From positions 1 to 64,000 of the forward strand of contig CAVVOP010000011.1 in the NCBI GenBank assembly GCA_963749915.1: a DNA stretch of 64,000 nt, read 5' to 3'. This document shows, one piece after another, positions 54,308 through 64,000 of this stretch. Origin of the DNA: an uncultured cyanobacterium. GTDB lineage: Bacteria > Cyanobacteriota > Cyanobacteriia > Cyanobacteriales > Cyanobacteriaceae. Under the pieces are notes generated by a model, which was given only the letters and a program-made list of their open reading frames with translations, did no database searches and was not told the DNA's origin. The translations under genes were made by a program, and so were the position numbers. Positions within the stretch are counted from its first letter, which is position 1; every line of letters starts with the position of its first letter.

Positions 54308-54711
54308 CCCACATTCCGCACGTCACTTTGTAAGATGATAAAAGTATTAAAACCAAGCAACTTATTTTGGACAAAATATAAGTAATAATACTCAATATCT
54401 TCTTTATTCGCGTTTTGTGCTCGCGAACTTTGCTCAAATTAAAATCTCATTGTCAATAACTTCACCTTTAATGAGAATAAATAAACAGAGCAAATCTATC
54501 AGTTTTCTATTCTTTATTTATGGTATTATAATTGAGAATATTTAGACTCTTAAATCCCATAAGTTATCCAGATAAAATATAATAATTATGACAAGAAATC
54601 GGGAAAAAACTTAAAATTAGTTTTGTTCATTTGTTAGATTTACTATCTGTTTTATTCCTTGATTTATTACTAAATGAATCCCCTGAAAACATTGAAATAT
54701 CCATCTTAAGG
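54308..54711 (-). mobile_element. 3' remnant of the IS1634 element (right TIR + last ~50 transposase codons)
   Basis: TIR at 54308. Minus strand 54709-54564 reads LRWIFQCFQGIHLVINQGIKQIVNLTNEQ/LILSFFPISCHNYYILSG*. A separate end-like motif GAGACCTCTTGCAAAAGTC lies at ~54256. Confidence 0.8.
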
Positions 54712-54718
54712 ATTCAGA

Positions 54719-54790
54719 ATGAAAAGAGAACCAGCTCAAAGTTTTCCCGATTTAATAGTCTGGCAAAAAGCCCATCAGTTTGTACTTGAC
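54719..54790 (+). pseudogene. Four-helix-bundle (23S rRNA IVS-like) protein, N-terminal fragment
   Basis: MKREPAQSFPDLIVWQKAHQFVL matches the family's F.DL.VWQKA start; similarity ends after ~24 codons. Confidence 0.6.
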
Positions 54791-54826
54791 GAATTTTTCC
54801 GAGGCGATCATCTGCTCATCCGCCAG

Positions 54827-55810
54827 TCAGAGAGTCCTCGGATCTCGAAAAAGAGGACTATATACTTTCATTGTTAATTGTTGACAATCTAACTTGATTT
54901 GTCGTTTAAGATCATCTAAAGAAGAAAATTTTTGTTCAGGGCGCAGGAATTTAACCAGTTTAACCCTTAAAATTTGATTATATAAGTCTCCTTCCCAATC
55001 CAGTAAATGAATTTCTATGGATATATTTTTACCGTCAATAGTGGGGCGTGTACCGATATTCATTATCCCTTGTAAATTAGATAATAAATCATTATTTTCT
55101 ACATCAACTTTAACACCATAAACTCCTTTCTTCGGTAAAAACTTTTCAGGAGGGATAGTTAAATTAGCTGTAGGAAAACCGATTTTTCTTCCTAATTTTT
55201 GGCCTTCTATTACCTTTCCAATAATTTGATATTGCCTACCTAACATTTCACTGGCTAACTCGGGTTTTCCGTTACTTAAATTTTGACGAATATATGAACT
55301 ACTAATTCTCATGGATTCTCTTTCTTTGGTTAAATTTTGTTCTTTAGTAATACTTACTTTCACGTTATATTTATTAGCTAATGATTGTAAATATTCAGCA
55401 TTTCCTTGTCTTTGATAACCAAAACGAAAATCTTCGCCCACGCTGATCAAATTGGCTTTAATTTGTTTAATTAGTATGTCTTTTATAAATTTTTCTGCAC
55501 TTAAATGGGCTAATTCTCGATCGAAAGGTAATAATATTAATTGTTTAACCCCTAATTTTTCTAAAATTTGGCATTTTTCGGGAATAGGGGTAAGAAGTTG
55601 TTTTTTTGTGCCTGTAAAAAATTCCTCGGGATGAGGAATAAATGTAACTAAAGATGGTGTTAAATTTTGATAATTAAAAATGGTTTGAATTACTTGTTGA
55701 TGCCCTTTATGTATGCCGTCAAAGTTTCCTAATGCTACTGCACAAGGATAATTTATATTTACGATGGGGGGTAAAATATTTCCTACCGATACGGTAATAA
55801 TCTTCAACAC
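54827..55810 (-). CDS. ribF: Riboflavin kinase / FAD synthetase
   Basis: GNFDGIHKGH, ISSS.IR, GRKIGFPTAN, NIGTRPT, RPEQKF. Confidence 0.96.
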   Translation of the reverse strand: MLKIITVSVGNILPPIVNINYPCAVALGNFDGIHKGHQQVIQTIFNYQNLTPSLVTFIPHPEEFFTGTKKQLLTPIPEKCQILEKLGVKQLILLPFDRELAHLSAEKFIKDILIKQIKANLISVGEDFRFGYQRQGNAEYLQSLANKYNVKVSITKEQNLTKERESMRISSSYIRQNLSNGKPELASEMLGRQYQIIGKVIEGQKLGRKIGFPTANLTIPPEKFLPKKGVYGVKVDVENNDLLSNLQGIMNIGTRPTIDGKNISIEIHLLDWEGDLYNQILRVKLVKFLRPEQKFSSLDDLKRQIKLDCQQLTMKVYSPLFRDPRTL

Positions 55811-55917
55811 AATTAATGATTAATGGGATTTTTGGTATTTATATTTGTCCGAAAAATTTGTTAAATTAAGTGAACATTCTACTACACTTTCAGGGATGGA
55901 ATCTTATCCAGTATAAA

Positions 55918-57027
55918 TTATCGGAAAATTTGTTGATGGTGGGAATATTTCAACAAGAGATTTTTGTCAACTTCTACCCCAATACCTGACTTTGTTGGCA
56001 CATTTATTGTCGAATCTTCTGAGTTGAGATAAAAGGCTGGTTGCGTTATATCTTCCCGAAAATAGCGATTAGTAGCGGAAATATCGGCTGGTAAGACAAA
56101 ATTGCCCAAACTAGCTAAGTGTAAATTCGTTGCTCTACCAATGCCTGATTCTAACATCCCTCCGCACCACAATTTAATCCCCATTTTTTCACATAAATCG
56201 TGAATGTCTAAGGCGTTTGTTATACCCCCAACTCTCGAAACTTTTAAATTGATTACTTGGGCAGATTTTAACGCGATCGCCATTCTGGTATCGTGGAGGG
56301 AATTAATACTTTCATCGAGACAAATTGGGGTATTAATTTGAGTTTGTAATAAAGCATGATCCAATAAATCATCATAAGCCAAAGGTTGCTCAATCATGAT
56401 TAAATTTAAGTCATCCATCCTCCGAAATAAAGCCACATCATCGAGGGTAAAAGTCGAGTTAGCATCCGCCATCAAAGATAAATTAGGATATTTTTTCCTT
56501 ACTTCCCGTAAAGGTTTTAAATTCCAGTCAGGTGCAATTTTTAATTTTAGCCGTTGATAACCTTGATTAACGTAATTTTCAACTGTGTTTAATAATTTAC
56601 GTAGATCTCCTTGTAAAGAAACACTAACTCCTACTTTTATTCTCTTTTTAACACCACCTAAAAATTGACTAAATGGAACTTTTTTTTTCTTAGCAAATAA
56701 ATCCCATACTGCACATTCTAAAGCGGATTTAGCCATATTATGTCCCCGAATTGGTTCTAATAAATTTCTTGTTTCTCTGGGAGAATTAATATTTTTACCG
56801 ACAATTCTGGGGATTAAACAATTTTTTAAAATATGATTAGCGGTGTGGATAGTTTCGTAAGTATAATAAGGATTTTCAAAAGTAGGACATTCTCCCCAAC
56901 CTGTTAAACCATCACTTTTCACCGCCAAAATTAAACAAGTATGAGCTAATAATTCACCGTTAGCGAATTTGAAAGGAAAAATAAAGGGAATAGAAAGATT
57001 ATAAAGCTCAATTTGCTCAATTTTCAT
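55918..57027 (-). CDS. menC: o-Succinylbenzoate synthase (OSBS/NAAAR-type enolase superfamily)
   Basis: KLKI, DAN, IEQP, CLDES, K.SRVGG, GGMLESGIGRA, DIS. Confidence 0.8.
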   Translation of the reverse strand: MKIEQIELYNLSIPFIFPFKFANGELLAHTCLILAVKSDGLTGWGECPTFENPYYTYETIHTANHILKNCLIPRIVGKNINSPRETRNLLEPIRGHNMAKSALECAVWDLFAKKKKVPFSQFLGGVKKRIKVGVSVSLQGDLRKLLNTVENYVNQGYQRLKLKIAPDWNLKPLREVRKKYPNLSLMADANSTFTLDDVALFRRMDDLNLIMIEQPLAYDDLLDHALLQTQINTPICLDESINSLHDTRMAIALKSAQVINLKVSRVGGITNALDIHDLCEKMGIKLWCGGMLESGIGRATNLHLASLGNFVLPADISATNRYFREDITQPAFYLNSEDSTINVPTKSGIGVEVDKNLLLKYSHHQQIFR

Positions 57028-57314
57028 GGTTTAGGTTTTGAAACAAATTGAAAAACAATATAAAAAATAACCCCTAAAATAACAAGGCTAAAAGTCAATT
57101 GTACGATAGATAAAACAGTCCTTAACACAGAAAAAGCGATCATTAAACCAAACACCCCGACAACGACCTTACCCGCAGAAGGTAAAGTCGCAAACCAATT
57201 TTTGACAGACTTGACAAAACTAGTAAATGCTTCAGGTTTAACGGAAGTTGAGTTATAGATTTCCGCTTCTAATTGTTCCAATTTTTTTCTATTATTGTAT
57301 TCTGAATCTGACAT
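57024..57314 (-). CDS. Small two-TM cyanobacterial membrane protein
   Basis: N-terminal L..LEAEI coil and two hydrophobic helices; 4-bp ATGA overlap with menC. Confidence 0.7.
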   Translation of the reverse strand: MSDSEYNNRKKLEQLEAEIYNSTSVKPEAFTSFVKSVKNWFATLPSAGKVVVGVFGLMIAFSVLRTVLSIVQLTFSLVILGVIFYIVFQFVSKPKP

Positions 57315-57343
57315 AATATTTAATATTTAATAGTTAATAGTTA

Positions 57344-59446
57344 TTAATTGTTAATTGCTTCATCTGTCCAAGGAGAAAAATTCACATCTTCTGATTGTCC
57401 CATAGGTGGATCAATTTCATCAATAGTTGATGATGTATCTTCAGGGGAAGAAGTCTCTGAATTAATATCAGGCTGATAGTTAAAATCAGTGGTTAATTGG
57501 GTATTATTATTAGCCGGTTGATTAGACTGTAATAAGCCTTTTATTTGAGTGAGAATATTACCTAATTTACCCTCATCTAATAGGGTGTTAATTAACGATA
57601 AACCGCTAGTAGAAAGCAATAATTTATTAATATCATTCGAGTTATTGGTACCATTACCATTTCCCCCTGGAAAAGCGTAAATTCGTGCGTCTCCCAAAAC
57701 TCCGGGTTGCGGTGCCAAAGATTTGACAATTTCAGGCAATTGAGGGGCAATTATAGGGAAAATGAATTTTATGAGGTCAGCGGTTCGATTCGAGTTATTA
57801 AGGTTGTTTTCCGATTGTATAACAGCTAATTTACCTTGGGCTTCGGCCAATAATCGATACTTCTCAGCATCGGCTAAAGTACGAATAGATTCAGCTTCTA
57901 ATTCTGCCGCTTGGCGGGCAATTTCCGCTTGACGGCGACGACGGAAAACATTGATTTCGACTACGTTTTGATCGGTAATACGTTTTTCTGCCGCTTCTCT
58001 TTCCGCTACGATTAAGCTTAATTGTTTCTCTCTTTCGGCATTTTCCACCTGACGTGCGGTATTAACTCCTTCTTCAGCTTTGGCTTTTTCCGCTTCGGCG
58101 GCAAATCTTTCTTTTTCTTTCTTGGCAATGGAAATGGAGGCCTCTTGTTGGGCAATTTGGGATTCTTGATCCGCCTCGGTGACGGCAATTTGAGCTAATA
58201 AACGAGAGGCTTCTACCGTGCGCTGACGATCGATTTCGGCAACTTCTGACTCTTGTGCCTGTAAAATTTGAGCAATTCTGAACTGTTTATTGCGTTCTTC
58301 TAAAGATATATTAGCTTCAATTTGACTTTCTTGTACGGCTAATTGTTGCTTAATTCTTTCTTCTTCAATGGCTTGTTGTTGTAGGATTTTATTCCGTTCA
58401 ATTTTAGCCTGTTCTTGATCTCTAGCCTCTTGAACTTCTCTTTCCCGTTGAACTTTCAGAAATTCAATTTCTTTCATTTGAGTTAATTTTGCCTCTTCCT
58501 TTTCTTTATTAATAGTTAAAGACTGTTTTTCTGCCTCTAATTCTTGTTGTTGAATAGCGACTTGAGTACTGAGTTCAATTTCTCTTTTTTCCCGTTGAGT
58601 ATCCAGTTCCACATCTAATTTTTGTTTGATGGATTTTTGGATGGTTTCTGTGCGTAAACGAACCCCCTGAGCATCAAAAAAGTTATTTTCGTCGTAGGTA
58701 TCGCTTTCTTCAATTTCGGAAATAGCAATATTATTTAAGGTCAAACCAACCTTTCTTAAATCTTGTTGAATTAAGTTTAAAACTTCTTCTGCAAAACCCA
58801 ATTTATCGGAGTCAATTTCTGCAATACTTTTCTTTTTCGCCGCAGCCCGAATCGCATCATCGGCTCTTTTTTCTAAAGCATCTTTTATATCTTCTGCAGA
58901 AATTTTACCTTGTTTAGATAATCGTTGAGCAGCCGTTAAAACTGCATCTTTATCCGCACTAATGCACACATAAAATGTCACTCTCATATTAGCCCTTAAA
59001 TAGTCTCTAGTTCTAACGGCTAAATTGCCTTGTCTGACTACATCGATGGAGATTTCCCTTAAGGGTACGCGGGTTAATTCATGGATGCCAGGAATGACTA
59101 TACAACCCCCGTTAAGAATGACTTTTTTTTCTTTAGTAAATAAACCGCCATTGCGCACAAAAGCCTCGTTATTAGGGGTAACAACATAAACTCTTGTATA
59201 ACCCCATATGGAGAGTAACCCCAGTAAAACTAATGCCCCAATTAACCCTCCAAAAAAGCTCATATTTCCTAAATTTAATTGAGCCATAACGGGGGAAGAT
59301 GTAAGGGGCATTTCTGCCATCGTTGAAGTAAAAATATTAGTATCATTTTGAGCCAAATTTTGATCGTATTGAATATGTTGATTTTGCTTAAATTGCTCTA
59401 AATTACTAATAGGTAAAGATTGAATAAATAGTAACCAAAATTTCAT
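57344..59446 (-). CDS. Flotillin (SPFH, YqiK-like)
   Basis: TM helix, SPFH domain, NNFFDAQG, long E/A/Q coiled coil; AGGAG SD before ATG 59446. Confidence 0.9.
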   Translation of the reverse strand: MKFWLLFIQSLPISNLEQFKQNQHIQYDQNLAQNDTNIFTSTMAEMPLTSSPVMAQLNLGNMSFFGGLIGALVLLGLLSIWGYTRVYVVTPNNEAFVRNGGLFTKEKKVILNGGCIVIPGIHELTRVPLREISIDVVRQGNLAVRTRDYLRANMRVTFYVCISADKDAVLTAAQRLSKQGKISAEDIKDALEKRADDAIRAAAKKKSIAEIDSDKLGFAEEVLNLIQQDLRKVGLTLNNIAISEIEESDTYDENNFFDAQGVRLRTETIQKSIKQKLDVELDTQREKREIELSTQVAIQQQELEAEKQSLTINKEKEEAKLTQMKEIEFLKVQREREVQEARDQEQAKIERNKILQQQAIEEERIKQQLAVQESQIEANISLEERNKQFRIAQILQAQESEVAEIDRQRTVEASRLLAQIAVTEADQESQIAQQEASISIAKKEKERFAAEAEKAKAEEGVNTARQVENAEREKQLSLIVAEREAAEKRITDQNVVEINVFRRRRQAEIARQAAELEAESIRTLADAEKYRLLAEAQGKLAVIQSENNLNNSNRTADLIKFIFPIIAPQLPEIVKSLAPQPGVLGDARIYAFPGGNGNGTNNSNDINKLLLSTSGLSLINTLLDEGKLGNILTQIKGLLQSNQPANNNTQLTTDFNYQPDINSETSSPEDTSSTIDEIDPPMGQSEDVNFSPWTDEAINN

Positions 59447-59531
59447 TTTTTTACTCCTAAATATATACATCATTCAGCATCTAAATCCGCAAATTTGGGG
59501 ACTTGACTTTGAATTTTTTTCAACGGGGAAC

Positions 59532-60266
59532 TCATTGTGAATTGTTCATTGAATTAAGCCATTTATCTTGATCAGAACTATCCTTGGCGATGGCAATAAA
59601 GCAATGTTTTTGATGATCGATAATTAAAACTTCTTGTCCTCGATGGGGTATAACTTTTGCCCAGTCAGGCAAACAAACTTCAATAGTAACTAAATTACTG
59701 GCGTTATCCAGAACATCCGCTTGGGCGATTCTACCTTCAATAAGATAAGGCACTTGTTTAGATGTTACAGAACCAATACAACCAATTAAGCGATCGCCCT
59801 CGGTTTCTTCCCCAAAATTAGCAAAAATTTTACCGATAGGCTTAGAAAGCAACCTACCGATGTAAATACTGAATAAGAAGGAAACGAAGAAAATTAAACT
59901 AGCGATGAAACCATCAGGAATAGCACCCAAAAAACCCCCCGCCGCTACATTTAGAAACCAACCTGACACCCCCCAAGTGGAAAAATCAATAGCTAATAAG
60001 ATTAAAAGAGGACATTTTCCTACCCCAAACCAGGATAAAAAGGACAAAAAATCGAGATTTTCGTCCCCGTCAGCATCTATATCAGCATCGAGATTTGCTT
60101 CTGCTTCTAAATCACTATCGATATCTGCGTCTAAATCAGCATCCAAATCCATATCAGTGTCTAAATCATGATCCTCCTCCCCACCAGAGACAATAACGAG
60201 GAGAAAGAAAAAAACACCGATACCCAGAAAAATCCAATAGGTTAAATTTGCCGTGTCAAAAAGCAT
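59532..60266 (-). CDS. YqiJ/NfeD-like flotillin partner
   Basis: TM, acidic DxDxD tract, GVGKCPL, TMs, C-terminal OB-like domain; directly upstream of flotillin. Confidence 0.8.
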   Translation of the reverse strand: MLFDTANLTYWIFLGIGVFFFLLVIVSGGEEDHDLDTDMDLDADLDADIDSDLEAEANLDADIDADGDENLDFLSFLSWFGVGKCPLLILLAIDFSTWGVSGWFLNVAAGGFLGAIPDGFIASLIFFVSFLFSIYIGRLLSKPIGKIFANFGEETEGDRLIGCIGSVTSKQVPYLIEGRIAQADVLDNASNLVTIEVCLPDWAKVIPHRGQEVLIIDHQKHCFIAIAKDSSDQDKWLNSMNNSQ

Positions 60267-60524
60267 TTTTGTGATTAAAAACTGATCAAAGAAGTTAAAT
60301 AGCCCTTATTTATTAGCTTACTCTGAAGATCAAGGAAAGATCCAAAATGTAAAGAAAATCTTTATATAAATCAAGAGATCAATTATTCTCAGAAAGGGAA
60401 TTTAACTGGTAAATCAACTCTAAATTTCATTTGATGTGTTATCGTAGGAAACCGTAAACTAAAATAGTCGTCTTGATTAAACATCACCACTAAAAATTAA
60501 TATCGTTAATATCTTTAAACAATT

Positions 60525-61289
60525 ATGTTGAAAAAAAAATCTTTATTAAATAAGGTCAAAAATGCCAGTTTAGTTGGAGCGGCAGTTCTTGGTTGCTGGT
60601 TAACGCAAACCACGAAATTATTAGCATTGCCCCAAGAAGTAATCTTAGAAAAACTCAAACCTATTCCCGTATTCACCATCGCTGATAGTAAAGGTGCACC
60701 GTTGATTGCTTCTAATGATCAAGACGGCAAAGTAGCAGGAGTTTTTATTAGTAAAGAAGATGCTAATAGTTTTGTGCAAAAACTTAAACAAGATAATCCT
60801 GAATTAGGCAAAGAAGTACAGGTTATCCCCGTATCTTTAGGAGAAATTTTTGAGTTAGCCGAGGCCAACGCTAAAGAAAAAGATGGTGTAAATTTTGCTT
60901 ATGTGCCTTCAAAAACACAGGTAGATCAAGCCAAAAAGCTCAATGAGCAATATAAAGCTGGAGTGCCCCTATTTGTCGCTAAAGCTGGGGAGGATCAGGG
61001 TTATTTAACCATCAAACAAAATGATCAAGAAGTAATACCATTCTTTTTCGATCAGCAACAAGTAGAACAATTAGTCGAAAGTTTTAAAAAGGCTCAACCT
61101 GATTTAGCCTCTAGCATCAAAATCGAAGTAGTTATTTTAGAAGGGGTCTTAGAGGCATTAAAAGAAGGAAAAGATGAAATGCTTACTAAAATTGTGCTCT
61201 GGCCTTCCAAAGAATCCATCGATTTTCTTCGTGACAATGCACCTAACAAAGATGAGGCACCTAAAAAAGACGATGCACCTAAAAAATAA
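60525..61289 (+). CDS. Tic22 family periplasmic chaperone
   Basis: Signal peptide, KL.PIPVFTI.D..G.PL, GVPLF, IPFFF. Confidence 0.88.
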   Translation: MLKKKSLLNKVKNASLVGAAVLGCWLTQTTKLLALPQEVILEKLKPIPVFTIADSKGAPLIASNDQDGKVAGVFISKEDANSFVQKLKQDNPELGKEVQVIPVSLGEIFELAEANAKEKDGVNFAYVPSKTQVDQAKKLNEQYKAGVPLFVAKAGEDQGYLTIKQNDQEVIPFFFDQQQVEQLVESFKKAQPDLASSIKIEVVILEGVLEALKEGKDEMLTKIVLWPSKESIDFLRDNAPNKDEAPKKDDAPKK

Positions 61290-61326
61290 TTAGAGTTCGC
61301 ACTCGAGGTTACGATTAGATTAAGTC

Positions 61327-62466
61327 TCAATTCTTTCCGTACCAAAGAGACTCGATTTTTTCTACCATTAATCTTCCCTGTTGATAAATCTTTTCTGGGT
61401 TATTTTCGGTTAACAATACCGTCACATGACCCAGTTTTCTGCCGACACGAGATTCTGATTTACCATACCAGTAAACAAAAGCTCCTAAACTCTCGATTTT
61501 TTCTCTTTTTTTTAAATAATCGTTATTTACTGATTCATAACCCAATAAATTTACCATTACTGCCCCGGAAGTTTTTAAGTCTATATTCCCTAAAGGTTTA
61601 TCGGCGATCGCTTGTAATTGCAGAGCAAATTGAGAAGTATCACAGGCATCAAGGGTATAATGTCCCGAATTATGGGTACGAGGTGCGGTTTCATTGACTA
61701 AAATTTCTCCGTTTTTTGTCAAAAATAGCTCGATAGCTAACACCCCCACATAATCTAAAGCTATCAAAAGTTTTTCGGCCATCGCCTGAATTTGGGTAAT
61801 TTGACCTGGAGTTAACAAAGCAGGGGCGATGACCCAACGACACACTTGATTTTCTTGATAAGTTTCCACCACCGGATATATTTTGATTTCCCCAGAAACG
61901 CCACGAGCGGCTACAATAGCTAATTCTCGCTCAAAAGGGATAAATTCTTCAATTAAGAGAGAAATACCTTCAAATGTTGGCAAAACCGCTGTTAATTCCC
62001 GGGAAGAATTGACGATAATTGTGCCTTGCCCATCATAACCATGACGACGGACTTTTAACACTAAGGGAAAGGAAAAAGAATCAAAATCAGAAAGAGAATT
62101 ATAAGCGTGAAAATGAGGCACAGGAAAACCGTGATTTTGTAAAAAACACCGTTGTTCATATTTATCCAGCAAAGGGGATAAACTAGAAAGACGAGGATAA
62201 AAACAAACTCCGGCCTCTGCTAATTTTTGTAATTCATCTAAATTGACAAATTCATTCTCAAAAGTAATCACATCAGAATCTTGAGCCAATTGAATTGTGG
62301 CGATCGCATCGTCAATAGGGGCCAAAATGGCTTTCGTAGCTAAACTAACAGCCGAATCAGAATGACTAGGAGTTTGTACCAATAAATCAATATTTTCTGA
62401 TGGTGCAACTTGTGCCATCATCCACGCTAATTGACCACCGCCTATCACCCCAATTTTTTTTCTCAT
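61327..62466 (-). CDS. purK: N5-CAIR synthase
   Basis: GGGQLAWM, TFENE, GYDGQG, NETAPRTHNSGH, RKLGHV. Confidence 0.96.
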   Translation of the reverse strand: MRKKIGVIGGGQLAWMMAQVAPSENIDLLVQTPSHSDSAVSLATKAILAPIDDAIATIQLAQDSDVITFENEFVNLDELQKLAEAGVCFYPRLSSLSPLLDKYEQRCFLQNHGFPVPHFHAYNSLSDFDSFSFPLVLKVRRHGYDGQGTIIVNSSRELTAVLPTFEGISLLIEEFIPFERELAIVAARGVSGEIKIYPVVETYQENQVCRWVIAPALLTPGQITQIQAMAEKLLIALDYVGVLAIELFLTKNGEILVNETAPRTHNSGHYTLDACDTSQFALQLQAIADKPLGNIDLKTSGAVMVNLLGYESVNNDYLKKREKIESLGAFVYWYGKSESRVGRKLGHVTVLLTENNPEKIYQQGRLMVEKIESLWYGKN

Positions 62467-62515
62467 TTCTGCATTGTTTCTTACTTATTGCTTTACTATT
62501 GCCAATTGTTAATTG

Positions 62516-63328
62516 TTAGTTACCGTCCAGGGTTAAAAACTTTTCTAAAGCTACAATCATATTAGGAGGCCAACGTCTTACTTGCCTTAACCACTCCACA
62601 TCCCGATAACGACTGTCGATGCCAATGGTAGCCACCCAATTACTCTCAGCCTCCCCTTGTTTGCCATTTTCCCATAACACTGCCGTTAAGGCCGCACGCA
62701 TATCGGGAAACATGGGATATTTACGCACGAGGTTACGCATTTTCCTCAAGGCTTCGTCTTTTTTACCCAACTGATATAAGGCTAAAGACTCATTCGCCCC
62801 CGCAAAGGCAAAGTTGGGTGATAATTCTGTGGCTTTATGATAATATTCCACCGCCGTTTGCCAATCTTTTAGTCCGGCTTTGGCATTACCTAAGTTGTTA
62901 TAAGCCATGGCGTCTTGTGGATCTAATGCTAACACTTGTTCATAATCGGCGATCGCCTTTTTGTATTCTCTTAAGCCTTCATAAGCAGTGCCTCGATTGA
63001 GATAAGGATCTGGTGCGGTAGGTGCAAGTTTAATCGACTCATTATAGTCAGCAATGGCATCTTCTAATTTATTTTGACTGACCCTCACATTACCACGATT
63101 ACTCCAGACGGCAGGGTTAGTGGGAAATTCCTCAATTAATTGAGTCCAATATTTTTCTGCTTCTATAAAATCACCTTTTTCCGTTGCCTTTAAGGCTTCA
63201 ATGGCGATGTTTTCTCCTTCTTGTAATTGTGTTTCGGTGAAAGAAGTATTGGTAATATCTTCGGCGATGGTGGGAGTATTAAAAAAACACAGACAAAAAA
63301 GTACGGTGACAATAATTAGTCTTAACAT
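62516..63328 (-). CDS. Exported TPR protein
   Basis: Signal-like N-terminus, several TPRs, RKYP.FPDMRAAL, RRWPP. Confidence 0.88.
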   Translation of the reverse strand: MLRLIIVTVLFCLCFFNTPTIAEDITNTSFTETQLQEGENIAIEALKATEKGDFIEAEKYWTQLIEEFPTNPAVWSNRGNVRVSQNKLEDAIADYNESIKLAPTAPDPYLNRGTAYEGLREYKKAIADYEQVLALDPQDAMAYNNLGNAKAGLKDWQTAVEYYHKATELSPNFAFAGANESLALYQLGKKDEALRKMRNLVRKYPMFPDMRAALTAVLWENGKQGEAESNWVATIGIDSRYRDVEWLRQVRRWPPNMIVALEKFLTLDGN

Positions 63329-63527
63329 AATAATTTAGCTGATAGTAAATAGGGAACAAATCAAAATCGGCATAAAACACCGAAAAAAAGCATTCTCCGA
63401 TTTTAACCTAAGTTCCTATTTTTTCTTTAATGCTTCCCACTATGGGAATGATCGGTTTTGCCATTGATTTATGGATATTTGCAATTGTCCCCCCGTAATG
63501 GTGCAATCGAATAAATCCGACAATAAT

Positions 63528-64000
63528 TCACTTAATCCCTCTTGGGGACAGAGCGTTAATTCTTGCAACAGAGAAATTCACAGCCTTTTCTAAACTTAAA
63601 GAAATCAGCAGAAAAATCGGGAAGAGGCCAACTACAACTAAACCTCCCAATGGAGATCCTTTTTCTAAGTAACCCATTTTTGTGAGGAGGAAGTAGTACG
63701 ACATATGGAATAAATATATGGAAAATGAATTAATTCCTATAAAGTTAATCAGCTTCAGGGGAAGCATATTAGCCGAAATAAAACTTCCCATAGCATAGAC
63801 ACAAAGTACAAGCAGTAACAATAACCCCCCAAATAGAGGTAACCGTGGCACAATTTTCTCCATAAAAATATAGGTAAGCGTCACAAAGACTAAGATGAAG
63901 AATAGGGAATAACGCAGTTTGCTAGAAACCTTACTAGCAAAAGTTCTCTGTTTATCAACAAGATCAAATTTGTGAATGCACATTCCGATAAAGAACAAAT
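63528..64000 (-). CDS. Acyltransferase-3 family membrane protein, C-terminal part (runs off window)
   Basis: FFIGM...IGINSFSIYLFH...LEK in a multi-TM ORF open to the edge. Confidence 0.75.
   Translation of the reverse strand, partial: LFFIGMCIHKFDLVDKQRTFASKVSSKLRYSLFFILVFVTLTYIFMEKIVPRLPLFGGLLLLLVLCVYAMGSFISANMLPLKLINFIGINSFSIYLFHMSYYFLLTKMGYLEKGSPLGGLVVVGLFPIFLLISLSLEKAVNFSVARINALSPRGIK

Noticed and set aside
54719..54790. Avd of a diversity-generating retroelement
   Set aside because: Only a 24-codon fragment; no reverse transcriptase or template/variable repeat pair seen.

Overview
AT-rich chromosomal window from a cyanobacterium. This is supported by frequent HIP1 GCGATCGC octamers, heptamer STRR repeats, chlB, gap2, argZ, Tic22 and NdhV-like genes; a unicellular Geminocystis/Cyanobacterium-like host is my inference. 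Positions ~9.1-63.4 kb are mostly housekeeping: prfB with its programmed frameshift, surE, chlB, argZ, gap2, thyX, ftsZ, trpD, a GH57 enzyme, TolC, the rpmH-rnpA-yidC-jag operon, prlC, NurA, priA, gshA, tRNA-Thr, crtE, tex, ribF, menC, flotillin and purK. The first ~9 kb is accessory. It holds nested IS1634, IS4, IS630 and unclassified DDE element debris plus MITEs around a GC-richer, co-oriented four-gene cassette. The cassette encodes a PG-binding + papain-like peptidase, a secreted pentapeptide-repeat protein, an SH3-like + DUF4127-like protein, and a GH73-like glycosidase with a hidden, truncated Amidase_3 domain. This multi-hydrolase cassette is the best candidate for an undescribed system, but it is damaged at both ends. 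Part of the IS region looks like an assembly blend of two repeats. All family calls come from motif recognition by eye; no database searches were run.
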